A stretch of DNA of 59,634 nt, from the IMG/VR virus record IMGVR_UViG_3300005326_000008, positions 1-59,634 of that record, one strand, 5' to 3'. The notes under the pieces are model-generated. The model was not told the DNA's origin and did not search any database. It was given only the letters and a program-made list of their open reading frames with translations. This stretch comes from a virus. Taxonomy: Duplodnaviria > Caudoviricetes. Below are positions 44,934-53,671 of this stretch, piece after piece; positions within the stretch are counted from its first letter, which is position 1, and every line of letters starts with the position of its first letter. Made by a program: the position numbers and the translations under genes.

Positions 44934-45113
44934 GGAGTGTATTAATTGTAAGACCAAGACACACCATTTATATAATAATTTTTATTGTTACCACTGCTAT
45001 AACAAAGAGATTAAGAAAATAAGAAATAGTAAGTATTTGAAGAATAAAAAGTTTCAAAGTCTCAGGGATATAGAAGTGTGGAAAGGTATGTTCAAAAAAA
45101 AGGAGGTGAGCAG

Positions 45114-45332
45114 ATGGGGATTAAAGTCGGATTAATTTTCTTGTCGTTAGGGTTATTGTTAGTAAATGTTCCATTAGGCATTTTCATAACATATATGATT
45201 TTGACGACAATAAATGCACCTGTTTGGTTATTAGTTTTATTCTGGGTAAATGCAGGACTAAGTATTTTAATTAGTATCTTGGGATTTGTTACCAGAATAA
45301 TTGAAGACGTATTCGAAGAACTACAAAAATAA
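45114..45332 (+). CDS. Two-TM membrane protein
   Basis: GGAGGTGA RBS; hydrophobic. Confidence 0.65.
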   Translation: MGIKVGLIFLSLGLLLVNVPLGIFITYMILTTINAPVWLLVLFWVNAGLSILISILGFVTRIIEDVFEELQK

Positions 45333-45346
45333 AAGAGGATAAAAAA

Positions 45347-45577
45347 ATGCGAAGAGAACCTAATGAACTGAGGTATCATCTAAATAGGATTACTTGTTTA
45401 AAGGCGAAAGAACTTTACCGAAAGGGATACAACCTTCAAATGATAGCTAGCAAATTACATATTGAAGGGCACAAGGTATTGAAACAGGGATTGGAAACTT
45501 GTTTATCTTGTGGAAAACCAACTATTAAAGGGGCGATATATTGTTATGATTGCTCACTTTGGAGGCTGTTAGAATGA
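45347..45577 (+). CDS. HTH plus Zn-finger protein
   Basis: GYNLQMIASKL; CLSC/CYDC. Confidence 0.6.
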   Translation: MRREPNELRYHLNRITCLKAKELYRKGYNLQMIASKLHIEGHKVLKQGLETCLSCGKPTIKGAIYCYDCSLWRLLE

Positions 45578-45789
45578 TAGTAAAATATAAGTGTTGGAAA
45601 TGCAAACAAGGTTTTACCCGGAATATGAATTGGGTTAAACATTTATTTCAATCAAATTTGGAGTTTGAGTTTGAATTATGTGATAAATGTCAAACATATT
45701 TTGAGGCCATAGAGAGAGAATTAAAGGAAAAAGAGCTAAAAGAATTCATCAAAAGAAGAGACAAATATTTGAAATCGAAAGGTATTTAA
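45574..45789 (+). CDS. Zn-finger protein
   Basis: CWKC/CDKC; GGAGG RBS. Confidence 0.55.
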   Translation: MIVKYKCWKCKQGFTRNMNWVKHLFQSNLEFEFELCDKCQTYFEAIERELKEKELKEFIKRRDKYLKSKGI

Positions 45790-45818
45790 GGGAGAATGTA
45801 TTTACATAGGTTTACAAG

Positions 45819-46154
45819 ATGAAACAACCAAAAAAAGTGCACAAGTTTAATGGCAAGAATTTTGTGTTAAGTATTCAGACAGATTTTAATGTAACAGATT
45901 TGTATATGGAAAGCGTTGTCAAGAAGTTTAAAATTTTAGATAAGTTGGATACAGCAATAGAGTCACACAAGGGAATAGTAACTTGGACGGCTGGAGAAAT
46001 TGAAGAACTTAAATGGAGATACTGCAAAGGAGAGAGTGTAATGAGTATAGCCAATAGATTAGAAAAACCTGTTGCGAATATTGAATACAGAATTAAAAAA
46101 ATAGGATTAAGAAAGCCACAAGGAGGGCTATTTAAAAATGTTAAAAAGGCATAG
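45819..46154 (+). CDS. HTH protein
   Basis: WTAGEIEELK..GESVMSIANRLEK; upstream TATA AAAGGTATTTAAG. Confidence 0.65.
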   Translation: MKQPKKVHKFNGKNFVLSIQTDFNVTDLYMESVVKKFKILDKLDTAIESHKGIVTWTAGEIEELKWRYCKGESVMSIANRLEKPVANIEYRIKKIGLRKPQGGLFKNVKKA

Positions 46155-46497
46155 TCTCTATAAAAAGAGTGAGAGGATTAATTTCGATGAACCCAGAGGA
46201 TTAGGTTTAACATTCTCAAACCAAGTATTGAAACATATTAAAGGGATTGAGAATAGTATGCTATGCTCTGAAGCACAGAATCAAATACTATTAAATTTGA
46301 ATGTGCCAAAGGATGCCAGAGAAAGACGCAAGAGTCCAACAAGTTGGATTAAACATTTGAAAGCTGTATACAATATACCACAGCATTATAGTCCTGCGAG
46401 AGTATTAAAATACTTAGCAACACAAGGACATATTAACTTGCCTCAAGGAGATAAAAACCTAGAGGAAGAAGGAGAAACAAAAAATGGAACAAACTAG
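46138..46497 (+). CDS. Hypothetical protein, paralogue of 47035..47331
   Basis: Shared W...K...NI.....P..VLK.L pattern. Confidence 0.6.
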   Translation: MLKRHSLYKKSERINFDEPRGLGLTFSNQVLKHIKGIENSMLCSEAQNQILLNLNVPKDARERRKSPTSWIKHLKAVYNIPQHYSPARVLKYLATQGHINLPQGDKNLEEEGETKNGTN

Positions 46498-47023
46498 AAC
46501 TGGAACTATTAAGGCGTGTTCGCCAAAGACTGGAGGTATTTTATTAGAAGAGTCTCCTATGAATTGGTTGAACCCACAAGACGACAAAAAAGATGCCTTT
46601 TTGAAGATGATACAAGAAGGAAAGATTGGCAAAGGAATGGAAGTAGAGCTTACAAGCAGTATGCAAGGAGTTAATTTCTTTAGCTTTTGCAAACCATTAA
46701 GCGCGCCTCAAACACCACAAGGCCAACCACAAAGAGGGTTTAATAATTACTCTGGTAATAGGAATTTCCCTTACAGGAAAGCACCATTCTATCAGAAACC
46801 TGTTGAAGCAGAACCTAGACCATTAGACAAATTCATACCACAAGAGTTTGAAGCAACCAATTTGAAAGAGTTATGTATTGCGCTTAGAACTTTTTGTAAG
46901 AATGAATATGTTAAATCCTGCCCAATATATCCACCAGTTGAACCAAAGGGAATGTGGACAGCCGTAGCTTGGTATAAATTAGTACCAAAAGAAGAACAAC
47001 CTGAAGAATTCGAAAAGATGTGA
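46484..47023 (+). CDS. Putative OB-fold ssDNA-binding protein
   Basis: GTIKACS..GGILLE..WLN..KGMEVEL, followed by a Q/P-rich linker. Confidence 0.45.
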   Translation: MEQTRTGTIKACSPKTGGILLEESPMNWLNPQDDKKDAFLKMIQEGKIGKGMEVELTSSMQGVNFFSFCKPLSAPQTPQGQPQRGFNNYSGNRNFPYRKAPFYQKPVEAEPRPLDKFIPQEFEATNLKELCIALRTFCKNEYVKSCPIYPPVEPKGMWTAVAWYKLVPKEEQPEEFEKM

Positions 47024-47034
47024 TAGGAGAAAAA

Positions 47035-47331
47035 ATGAAGACTACAGAATTAATCAAAAATGAAGAGAAGATTGGAGATACCAAACATAGATATCTGCCA
47101 GTTAGTTTTAATAAGGAAGAATTGCTAGAAAAGTATCCTGAATTAGCAACCTTGACAGGCAAAGAAACCAAAAACTTTCTTAGAGGAAAGTTAGGTTTTG
47201 AACCTCTAGGTCAATCTAGTAGAGGAAGACATACTGGTTGGTTTGCATCATTCAAGAAACAAATGAATATTGACCCAAAGGCACACCCTAGAGACGTACT
47301 TAAACAACTAATCGAAGAAAAAAGAATTTGA
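47035..47331 (+). CDS. Hypothetical protein, paralogue of 46138..46497
   Basis: GGAG RBS; shared pattern with 46138..46497. Confidence 0.6.
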   Translation: MKTTELIKNEEKIGDTKHRYLPVSFNKEELLEKYPELATLTGKETKNFLRGKLGFEPLGQSSRGRHTGWFASFKKQMNIDPKAHPRDVLKQLIEEKRI

Positions 47332-47366
47332 AGGGATTAATTTTCCCTTTAAATTTAAGAGGAAAT

Positions 47367-47627
47367 ATGAAAAAGAAAACCTTTAACAATGAATGTTTGA
47401 ATTTAATCAACGAAGCCAAGCTTAAGAAGAATGATGGGCCTACAAAGATTGCTTTAGAAATTTTAGAAGCGTCTATCAAAAGAGAATGGAATGAAAAAGA
47501 TTTTGATAGTGCCATCAACAAGTTACATGAGGCTATCTTATTTAAAGAGGCATTAAACGTAGCAGCGAAAATGTTCAAGGAGATGAAAGAAGATGGAAGA
47601 GACCACGGAAGTAAAACAAGAAAGTAG
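47367..47627 (+). CDS. Hypothetical protein
   Basis: GAGG RBS before ATG 47367. Confidence 0.55.
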   Translation: MKKKTFNNECLNLINEAKLKKNDGPTKIALEILEASIKREWNEKDFDSAINKLHEAILFKEALNVAAKMFKEMKEDGRDHGSKTRK

Positions 47628-47796
47628 TTTTTGTTTTAGATGGGGAGGACCAGATACCCAAATCAAGATATATGGTAAAGACGCGAATGATATACTTGAC
47701 AAACTCAAAGAATTTAGTGGTAAGTCTGAGAAGTTCGCAGAGAATGTTAAAATGTTTAGAGAACTAATGGCTCGTAAACTTGGAGACTCAAGATGA
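47593..47796 (+). CDS. Hypothetical protein
   Basis: GGAG RBS. Confidence 0.55.
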   Translation: MEETTEVKQESSFCFRWGGPDTQIKIYGKDANDILDKLKEFSGKSEKFAENVKMFRELMARKLGDSR

Positions 47797-48017
47797 ATAA
47801 AAAACTTAAAAAAAGGTTGATGATTTTATTTAGAGCCTTGGCTTCACCAGTTATTTTTACTGTAGTTAGCTTGATAATCTTAATCTTAGTTTTGATATTT
47901 GCTCCGATGTTTTATATCAGAGCAGTATACGAAACTGCAATTGCAGAGTTCAATTGGGTAGTTGGAAAAAAGATTAAGAACCAGCCAAAGGTATCTATCA
48001 AAGAGGTTAAATTATGA
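47793..48017 (+). CDS. Membrane protein
   Basis: Long hydrophobic helix. Confidence 0.6.
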   Translation: MNKKLKKRLMILFRALASPVIFTVVSLIILILVLIFAPMFYIRAVYETAIAEFNWVVGKKIKNQPKVSIKEVKL

Positions 48018-48715
48018 TAATCGGATTATCTTATAATGGAGAAAATGAGATTATTGGAAGTGTTTGTGTTAGTTTAATCGCTTGTGAAGATGATGAGAGG
48101 TTCAGAGAAATTGTAATAACCTCTGGAATTATATCTACAGAGCTTATGCCTTTCAGCCAGATTAAACAATTGACCGAAGAAATGCACAAGAAAGGATTAC
48201 ATTATATGGTAGAGTATATCAAACCTCACCAATTAAAATACGAAGATAACAAATTACAGATAATACAAGCTATGATTAATCTGTTAAACACTATCCCAAA
48301 ATTCTGGGAACACAAGATACACATACAAAACCCTTGTTTTAATAGGAACGAGTTCGAAGTAGAGTTCTTGAAATTGCTACCAAAGAATTTACCAGATTTG
48401 GACCGAAAGATTCTTTCATGGGAAATTGATACTGAAGGAGATAAGTATGTTGAACCCTGTATGGCTGCGAGTATTATAGCCAAATATTTCTCAGAAAAAG
48501 AAAGAGTGGAAAACGAACTTATCTATGGAGTTGCTAAAACCGACAAAGATTATATATATACTCAGAAATATCTATTGGACAACTTAGCTAAACCAACACC
48601 ATGTATGAGAATTCATCATCCATATTTAGAGATATTAAAAACTAAAAAAGAACAGGATGCGGTCAATTTAAGATTGAAGAACGCATTCAAGGAGAACAAA
48701 TATGCACCCAGATAA
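48014..48715 (+). CDS. RNase HII-fold protein, predicted inactive
   Basis: MIIGLSYNG..IIGSVCV replaces GIDEAGRG..GP; EGDKY..CMAASIIAK is retained. Confidence 0.7.
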   Translation: MIIGLSYNGENEIIGSVCVSLIACEDDERFREIVITSGIISTELMPFSQIKQLTEEMHKKGLHYMVEYIKPHQLKYEDNKLQIIQAMINLLNTIPKFWEHKIHIQNPCFNRNEFEVEFLKLLPKNLPDLDRKILSWEIDTEGDKYVEPCMAASIIAKYFSEKERVENELIYGVAKTDKDYIYTQKYLLDNLAKPTPCMRIHHPYLEILKTKKEQDAVNLRLKNAFKENKYAPR

Positions 48716-48965
48716 AACAAGCCCTTTTTTGTATTTGACTACACCAGAAAAACTAAATACAATAATTGGAATCATGAAACGTAATGGCGGAAAGATTAGG
48801 ACTATAAACCTTGTAGAACAGTTTTCAGTAAGTAGGCAAGCATTAAGGCCGTATATGTTGACATTACTAAATTTAGGAATAGTCGGTGCTAGATTAGAAG
48901 GCAGATTTTATACCTACTTCTTGACTGGCAAGAACGAGTATCTAATAGCACAACAGCAAAAATGA
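48702..48965 (+). CDS. Winged-HTH transcription regulator
   Basis: LVEQFSVSRQALRPYMLTLLNLGIV..EGRFYTYFL (ArsR-like). Confidence 0.75.
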   Translation: MHPDKTSPFLYLTTPEKLNTIIGIMKRNGGKIRTINLVEQFSVSRQALRPYMLTLLNLGIVGARLEGRFYTYFLTGKNEYLIAQQQK

Positions 48966-49573
48966 ACATAATCGAACAAAGTTTGTTAGACCCGGATAGG
49001 TTAGCATTCATAGAAGACTTAGTACTCCTCGGAGTAAACTGGTCTGAGATAAGCCGAAGAATAGAACAAAAGTATAATATCAAAGCTACTACCAAACAAA
49101 TACAGAATGCTTATGATAAAAGAATAATTAGAAGGGAGATGGGATTAATGCAGGATAATCGATTAAAAGACCAGTATAATTTGGAGATACGAAGGTTGAT
49201 TGAGAAACTCCAAAAACAAACTGAAGAATTAGATTTGCTCTGGGAAGAAGCTAAGAAGCAAGGAGTAAAGAATGCGGGTGTTATGTTAGGTATTGCGAAT
49301 GAGACTAGAAGAAGAGTCGAGATGATTGAAAAGATTCTAGGAAACCTTAATGCACCTAAAGAACAAACTAATAATTTTGTTCAAGTTAATTTATCAAACA
49401 TGAAAGAGTTCCAGAAGTATCTAGTCCAATTAGAGAAAGCTGGGTTTATTAGAAAGAAACGTAAATACCCTTGGGAAGATGGAGGGGATAATATGGCTGT
49501 AGAAGTTGAGTACGAAGCCACAAATGAAGAGGATAAAGAAGAAGAGGTAGAAATAGAGAATGATAGAGATTAG
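48962..49573 (+). CDS. Possible terminase small subunit (HTH, helical, acidic tail)
   Basis: GVNWSEISRRI HTH, helical oligomer region, TNNFVQVN. Confidence 0.45.
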   Translation: MNIIEQSLLDPDRLAFIEDLVLLGVNWSEISRRIEQKYNIKATTKQIQNAYDKRIIRREMGLMQDNRLKDQYNLEIRRLIEKLQKQTEELDLLWEEAKKQGVKNAGVMLGIANETRRRVEMIEKILGNLNAPKEQTNNFVQVNLSNMKEFQKYLVQLEKAGFIRKKRKYPWEDGGDNMAVEVEYEATNEEDKEEEVEIENDRD

Positions 49574-49916
49574 ATTAAAAGGGAAAATTGTCGGTAAGCT
49601 GATAGGCGATACTTACTACACACATCGGGACCCTGATAGACATTTTTATCACAAAGGCAGAGGTTATCCGATTAGTACAAGTGTACTGAATAAAATTAAA
49701 GAAATGGGCTGTAAGTATGTTTTTATTATTGAAGACTCGCCAGAAAGAAAGAAATACAAAGTTAGGCTAAAAAGATTCGAAGAAGTTAACTCATTCCAAG
49801 AGATAGGGTTTGATAGTCAGAAATGTCTCCCACTCAAGGAATTTATAGAAATGGACGAAATAGGGATAATCAAACATGTCCCTCAAAAACAAGCAAGACT
49901 AAACGAAATATCATGA
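49560..49916 (+). CDS. Hypothetical protein
   Basis: GAGGT RBS; HF..KG.GYPIS motif. Confidence 0.6.
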   Translation: MIEIRLKGKIVGKLIGDTYYTHRDPDRHFYHKGRGYPISTSVLNKIKEMGCKYVFIIEDSPERKKYKVRLKRFEEVNSFQEIGFDSQKCLPLKEFIEMDEIGIIKHVPQKQARLNEIS

Positions 49917-50326
49917 GATTAGAAATCTTACTGCTATTGACTGGTTGTGCTAAAGAACCATCTTTAGAACAATCTTGTTATACTGCAGGAATGGATTTCG
50001 TAAGTTATACCCAACGTGGAACACCGATTTGGCATGAGAGGTATACTTATTGCAATGGTAAAAGCACACGAACTAAGGAGGAAAGGGTAATGAAAATTCA
50101 AGATTTGGATATAGAATACACAAGAACTACAGAACAATTTACTTATGATGAAGCTATGGATACGAATGGGGAATGGATTACTGGTCCTAACCGAGGATTG
50201 GCTGAAACATGGGATATTAATACCTTAAGAAGAATTAACTATAACAGTAAGGAATGGGAATATTTTATTGTAGAGTCTATAGCTGGTAATGATTATTTAA
50301 TATTGAGAGCGAGGAAACAAAAATGA
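49913..50326 (+). CDS. Putative lipoprotein
   Basis: ATGA overlap; MRLEILLLLTGC lipobox. Confidence 0.45.
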   Translation: MRLEILLLLTGCAKEPSLEQSCYTAGMDFVSYTQRGTPIWHERYTYCNGKSTRTKEERVMKIQDLDIEYTRTTEQFTYDEAMDTNGEWITGPNRGLAETWDINTLRRINYNSKEWEYFIVESIAGNDYLILRARKQK

Positions 50327-50562
50327 ATCCTAAAGATACACAAATATTTAGAGGTTTGAAAGCGTTACTTAGAGAGAAAGGGTGTGAAGAGTTAGGATTA
50401 GTGCATGCTTGGGAAGACATAACTCCTAATGTAATGTATACTACAAACCCACCACAATACCCAGACCAAGTACGAGTTTGTAATAATTGTGGTCGTAAGG
50501 AAAAGCTCAAGGTAATCCAACGAGAAGAAAGGCAATGGATTAAAGAATCACAATCAAACTAA
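50323..50562 (+). CDS. Zn-binding hypothetical protein
   Basis: C..HAW..TNPPQY..CNNC. Confidence 0.55.
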   Translation: MNPKDTQIFRGLKALLREKGCEELGLVHAWEDITPNVMYTTNPPQYPDQVRVCNNCGRKEKLKVIQREERQWIKESQSN

Positions 50563-50564
50563 GT

Positions 50565-50752
50565 GAATGCGAATAGCAACGGACAAGGCTTTGGCACAAC
50601 GCAATAAGCACAGATTCCGGCAATTCAAAGATTCAAAAGACGGAAATAATGAATCAAGACTTAGAATTGACTTATAAGTCTGAAACGCTGTTGCAACAAG
50701 TGATGGGTAGCGAGTGGTTGACCATACCTCTGCGGTGCACGCAAGATTCATT
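50565..50752 (+). ncRNA. Candidate structured RNA or leader
   Basis: GC-rich; stems TGCG/CGCA, TTCCG/CGGAA, AATGAATC/GATTCATT, AGACTTA/TAAGTCT. Confidence 0.4.
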
Positions 50753-50771
50753 TGGTTTAATGGAGGAAACA

Positions 50772-50930
50772 ATGGCAAGACAATTATTTGTAACAGACAT
50801 AAAAAGTCAGAAGGGATTCATCTATTTTTGTAAAACTAACGAAGATGGATTCTTGACTGTAAACGAAGCGCCAATGTGGCCCGGAAGAAAGAAGAAGAAG
50901 GAGAATATAGAAAATGGAAACCAAGCCTAA
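50772..50930 (+). CDS. CC1-like small basic chromatin/DNA-binding protein
   Basis: GGAGG RBS; IKSQKGFIYF..DG..V..APM..GRKKKK resembles one CC1 repeat. Confidence 0.55.
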   Translation: MARQLFVTDIKSQKGFIYFCKTNEDGFLTVNEAPMWPGRKKKKENIENGNQA

Positions 50931-51156
50931 AAATGTATGGAAAACAATAGGGATAGTGTTCATAGCATTATTCGTTATTGAGACATTATTGATTTCTTGG
51001 GTAGTTATTGAAGGGAATCAATCTATAGAAAAAGAAACAGAATGTGCAGTAAACATTTGTAGTGAAGCAGATAGTTATTACTTTGATTACTATGAAGAAG
51101 TATGCTACTGTTACCAAGAGAATGAACTCTATTATATGGAGTATATGAATGAATGA
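50914..51156 (+). CDS. Single-pass membrane protein with Cys-rich ectodomain
   Basis: TM helix; C..C..CYC. Confidence 0.6.
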   Translation: METKPKNVWKTIGIVFIALFVIETLLISWVVIEGNQSIEKETECAVNICSEADSYYFDYYEEVCYCYQENELYYMEYMNE

Positions 51157-51505
51157 ATGCAATCCGATTAGAGTTGGGATTAAACACTTACGAGTACCAA
51201 GTATAGAAGATATTGTGGAATGTAGTGTAGAACTAGATTTGGTTAGAACTTATAAGAAAGGTAGGTTCGGTGAATATGACCCGCAACATAGTAAAGTAAG
51301 ATTTAATCCCAAACTGATTGCAAGCAAAGATGAGTTCGTTTTAACCATACTTCACGAGTATGTCCACCATTTGGATATATTTGATGAACTAGACGAACTT
51401 CAGACCGAGTTATTAGCAGAATATTTGCAAAGTAACAAAGCAATAAGAACTTACTTAGAACGATACTTTAATAAAGAAGTTAAGACTTATTGGAGTAAAA
51501 GATGA
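51149..51505 (+). CDS. Zincin-like metallopeptidase (ImmA/IrrE-like)
   Basis: GEY...TILHEYVH...E. Confidence 0.7.
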   Translation: MNECNPIRVGIKHLRVPSIEDIVECSVELDLVRTYKKGRFGEYDPQHSKVRFNPKLIASKDEFVLTILHEYVHHLDIFDELDELQTELLAEYLQSNKAIRTYLERYFNKEVKTYWSKR

Positions 51506-51711
51506 AATTAAAAGCGGTGAGAAAGTATCCATTACCAGATAATTTAACTCTGGAACAAGTGTATAATTTCTCAGTAGTCAATGATGTAGACATTGAAATT
51601 CATAAAGGAAAAGCATACTATAAACTGTATGAAATAGAATACGATTTGGAAACCTATCAGGAGGAAAAAGATGGAACAAAAAGTAAATCAGGACATAAAA
51701 AAATTAGATGA
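51502..51711 (+). CDS. Hypothetical protein
   Basis: ATGA overlap; GGAG RBS. Confidence 0.5.
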   Translation: MKLKAVRKYPLPDNLTLEQVYNFSVVNDVDIEIHKGKAYYKLYEIEYDLETYQEEKDGTKSKSGHKKIR

Positions 51712-52039
51712 CGGAACTTTCGCAGTAGTAACAACAACTGAAGAGAAAGGATTAACAATTGAACAATTAAAAGAAATGTTTGGGAGATATTCTCAAGAAC
51801 AATTCCAGACACATAATATGGTTGGAGTTTGGAGACACAGGCTATTAGACGCTGAAACAGACCACGAATCTTTTATCAAAAAGAGTATTGATGGGTTGAA
51901 AGAACAAGTGCGAATCTATGAAGAACGTGAAATCCTATTGAATGATATCCTTTCCAAGTTGAAAGAACAAATAGAATCTAATGTTGAACAAGATATCCAA
52001 GGGACTACGAGCGGAGAGGGAAGCACAGAAAATCCTTGA
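51671..52039 (+). CDS. Coiled-coil hypothetical protein
   Basis: GGAGG RBS. Confidence 0.55.
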   Translation: MEQKVNQDIKKLDDGTFAVVTTTEEKGLTIEQLKEMFGRYSQEQFQTHNMVGVWRHRLLDAETDHESFIKKSIDGLKEQVRIYEEREILLNDILSKLKEQIESNVEQDIQGTTSGEGSTENP

Positions 52040-52328
52040 AGCTAAAGGTTACCAAACATTTAAACCGCGCCGGAGCAAATTCGGAGAGAAGGATATATTC
52101 GGTAAGTTTGATGTAATTTACATTACCTTTGGCGGAGTAAAACTAATTCAAGTCAAACACAGGTTCGAGAATGATACTGAACAAGGTCTTATTGACTTTG
52201 CAAAACAGTATAAAGTTCGTACTGAGTTTTGGATTAGACAAAAGGGTAAACGAGAGTTCGTGAGGAAGAACTATGATTTTAGTGGTACAATGCCCATTCT
52301 GTGGACAGAAACGGAAGTATGCACCTAA
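51981..52328 (+). CDS. hjc: Archaeal-type Holliday junction resolvase
   Basis: KG.RAERE..ILEAKGY, FDVI, LIQVK. Confidence 0.8.
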   Translation: MLNKISKGLRAEREAQKILEAKGYQTFKPRRSKFGEKDIFGKFDVIYITFGGVKLIQVKHRFENDTEQGLIDFAKQYKVRTEFWIRQKGKREFVRKNYDFSGTMPILWTETEVCT

Positions 52329-52428
52329 GGGACTGCCTTATGGTAAATCTGTGCAATGTTTTAGGTGTGGGAAACATTTTGTTGTGCATAGCGCACACAG
52401 GAGCCAAATATGCGAAAGCACCAACTAA
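52273..52428 (+). CDS. Zinc-ribbon protein (51 aa)
   Basis: GAGG RBS; CPFC...CFRC; missing from the ORF track. Confidence 0.6.
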   Translation: MILVVQCPFCGQKRKYAPKGLPYGKSVQCFRCGKHFVVHSAHRSQICESTN

Positions 52429-52646
52429 ATTGGATTATAACTAGAGATGCTAGGGTATTACTAAAGGTAAGTAAGAATCCATTATATCGAAATAGATTTT
52501 TAGAAGACACTTGGGAGTATGAATCTATTAGAGAACTCATAGCATTAGGACTTATTGAGAGAGGCACGAAAGGAGTACTCTTGACAGAAAAAGGAGCAAA
52601 GATTAAAGAAATCATACAAGATGTGGAAAGAATATGTATAAGATAA
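52410..52646 (+). CDS. Winged-HTH protein
   Basis: ELIALGLIER...LTEKG. Confidence 0.65.
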   Translation: MRKHQLNWIITRDARVLLKVSKNPLYRNRFLEDTWEYESIRELIALGLIERGTKGVLLTEKGAKIKEIIQDVERICIR

Positions 52647-52996
52647 ACCCAACTGCAAGGATTTGTTTGAACTTAATTAGAACTTCTAATCGCTCTGGTA
52701 GTCATTTAAATTGTGTTAGGTTCTTTAGAAATAACACTATTAAACATGAAATGGCTAAAGCCAAACTTTGTTTATTATTACTAAAATCTGGACACGAGTT
52801 TTTTACTGAAGCAATATTTGAGAATGGGAAGAGAGCGGATGTAGTTTGTATAGACTTAGGTATCTGTTATGAAATTAGACAGAGCGAGACTATAGAAGAG
52901 TTAGCAGAGAAAGAAGAAACTTATCCTGAAGAATTAATCATGTACTCCTACGCAGCAGATGAAGTATTGAATGAAAACTTTCATTTAGACACATAG
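52634..52996 (+). CDS. PD-(D/E)XK-like nuclease
   Basis: HE.AK, FFTEA, RADVV, YEIRQSE. Confidence 0.6.
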   Translation: MYKINPTARICLNLIRTSNRSGSHLNCVRFFRNNTIKHEMAKAKLCLLLLKSGHEFFTEAIFENGKRADVVCIDLGICYEIRQSETIEELAEKEETYPEELIMYSYAADEVLNENFHLDT

Positions 52997-53030
52997 ATTT
53001 AAATATTAGTAATACTTAGGTAAAAAAGAG

Positions 53031-53399
53031 GTGACCAAGACGAAACGGATAACACCGACAACCACTGGTTGGGAACCCGCTGTACTTGATGAGATTAGTG
53101 ATTTTGTTACAATTGAAGAACAAGAAGCAGTTTATTTCAAAAGGAAGTTAAGTCTTGATGGAACTGTTCATTTACAATTCTTAGGTTATGAAATTAGAAA
53201 TCAAAAAAGGAAACGCGCTGCTAAGATAGCATCATGTAGTTATATTTTACAGCTTAGAAGAGATGGAGACTTCTCTGCATTTTTAGAATATAATCATTCT
53301 CGTTTTTTTTATAATGGGAACTTAGAAGAAGTGATTGGTAACGAGATGGATTACCAAGATATTCTCTTATTCCATCAAGTATCACCGGAGGAACAATGA
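53031..53399 (+). CDS. Hypothetical protein
   Basis: Upstream TATA AGATTTAAATA. Confidence 0.5.
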   Translation: MTKTKRITPTTTGWEPAVLDEISDFVTIEEQEAVYFKRKLSLDGTVHLQFLGYEIRNQKRKRAAKIASCSYILQLRRDGDFSAFLEYNHSRFFYNGNLEEVIGNEMDYQDILLFHQVSPEEQ

Positions 53400-53671
53400 C
53401 ACAAAGATTAGAAATTTTGGTATTACAAGTTTCAGTCCCGAAGATAAGGGAAGGAAATGTTGAAGTGTTTAGAGTTTATGATGCTGAGGTTTATACCCTA
53501 TGCCCTCATGAATTTAAAAAGATAGAAGATGCTGCTAGGCTATGTTATTTACAATACCCACAACATACGCCTTTATTACATACTGATTCAGATTCATTTA
53601 CTAAATTTCATGAAGAATATAGGAGGCTGAAACAAGATGAAACCGCAACAACTGAACACACTGATATCTAG
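53396..53671 (+). CDS. Hypothetical protein
   Basis: GGAGG RBS. Confidence 0.55.
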   Translation: MTQRLEILVLQVSVPKIREGNVEVFRVYDAEVYTLCPHEFKKIEDAARLCYLQYPQHTPLLHTDSDSFTKFHEEYRRLKQDETATTEHTDI

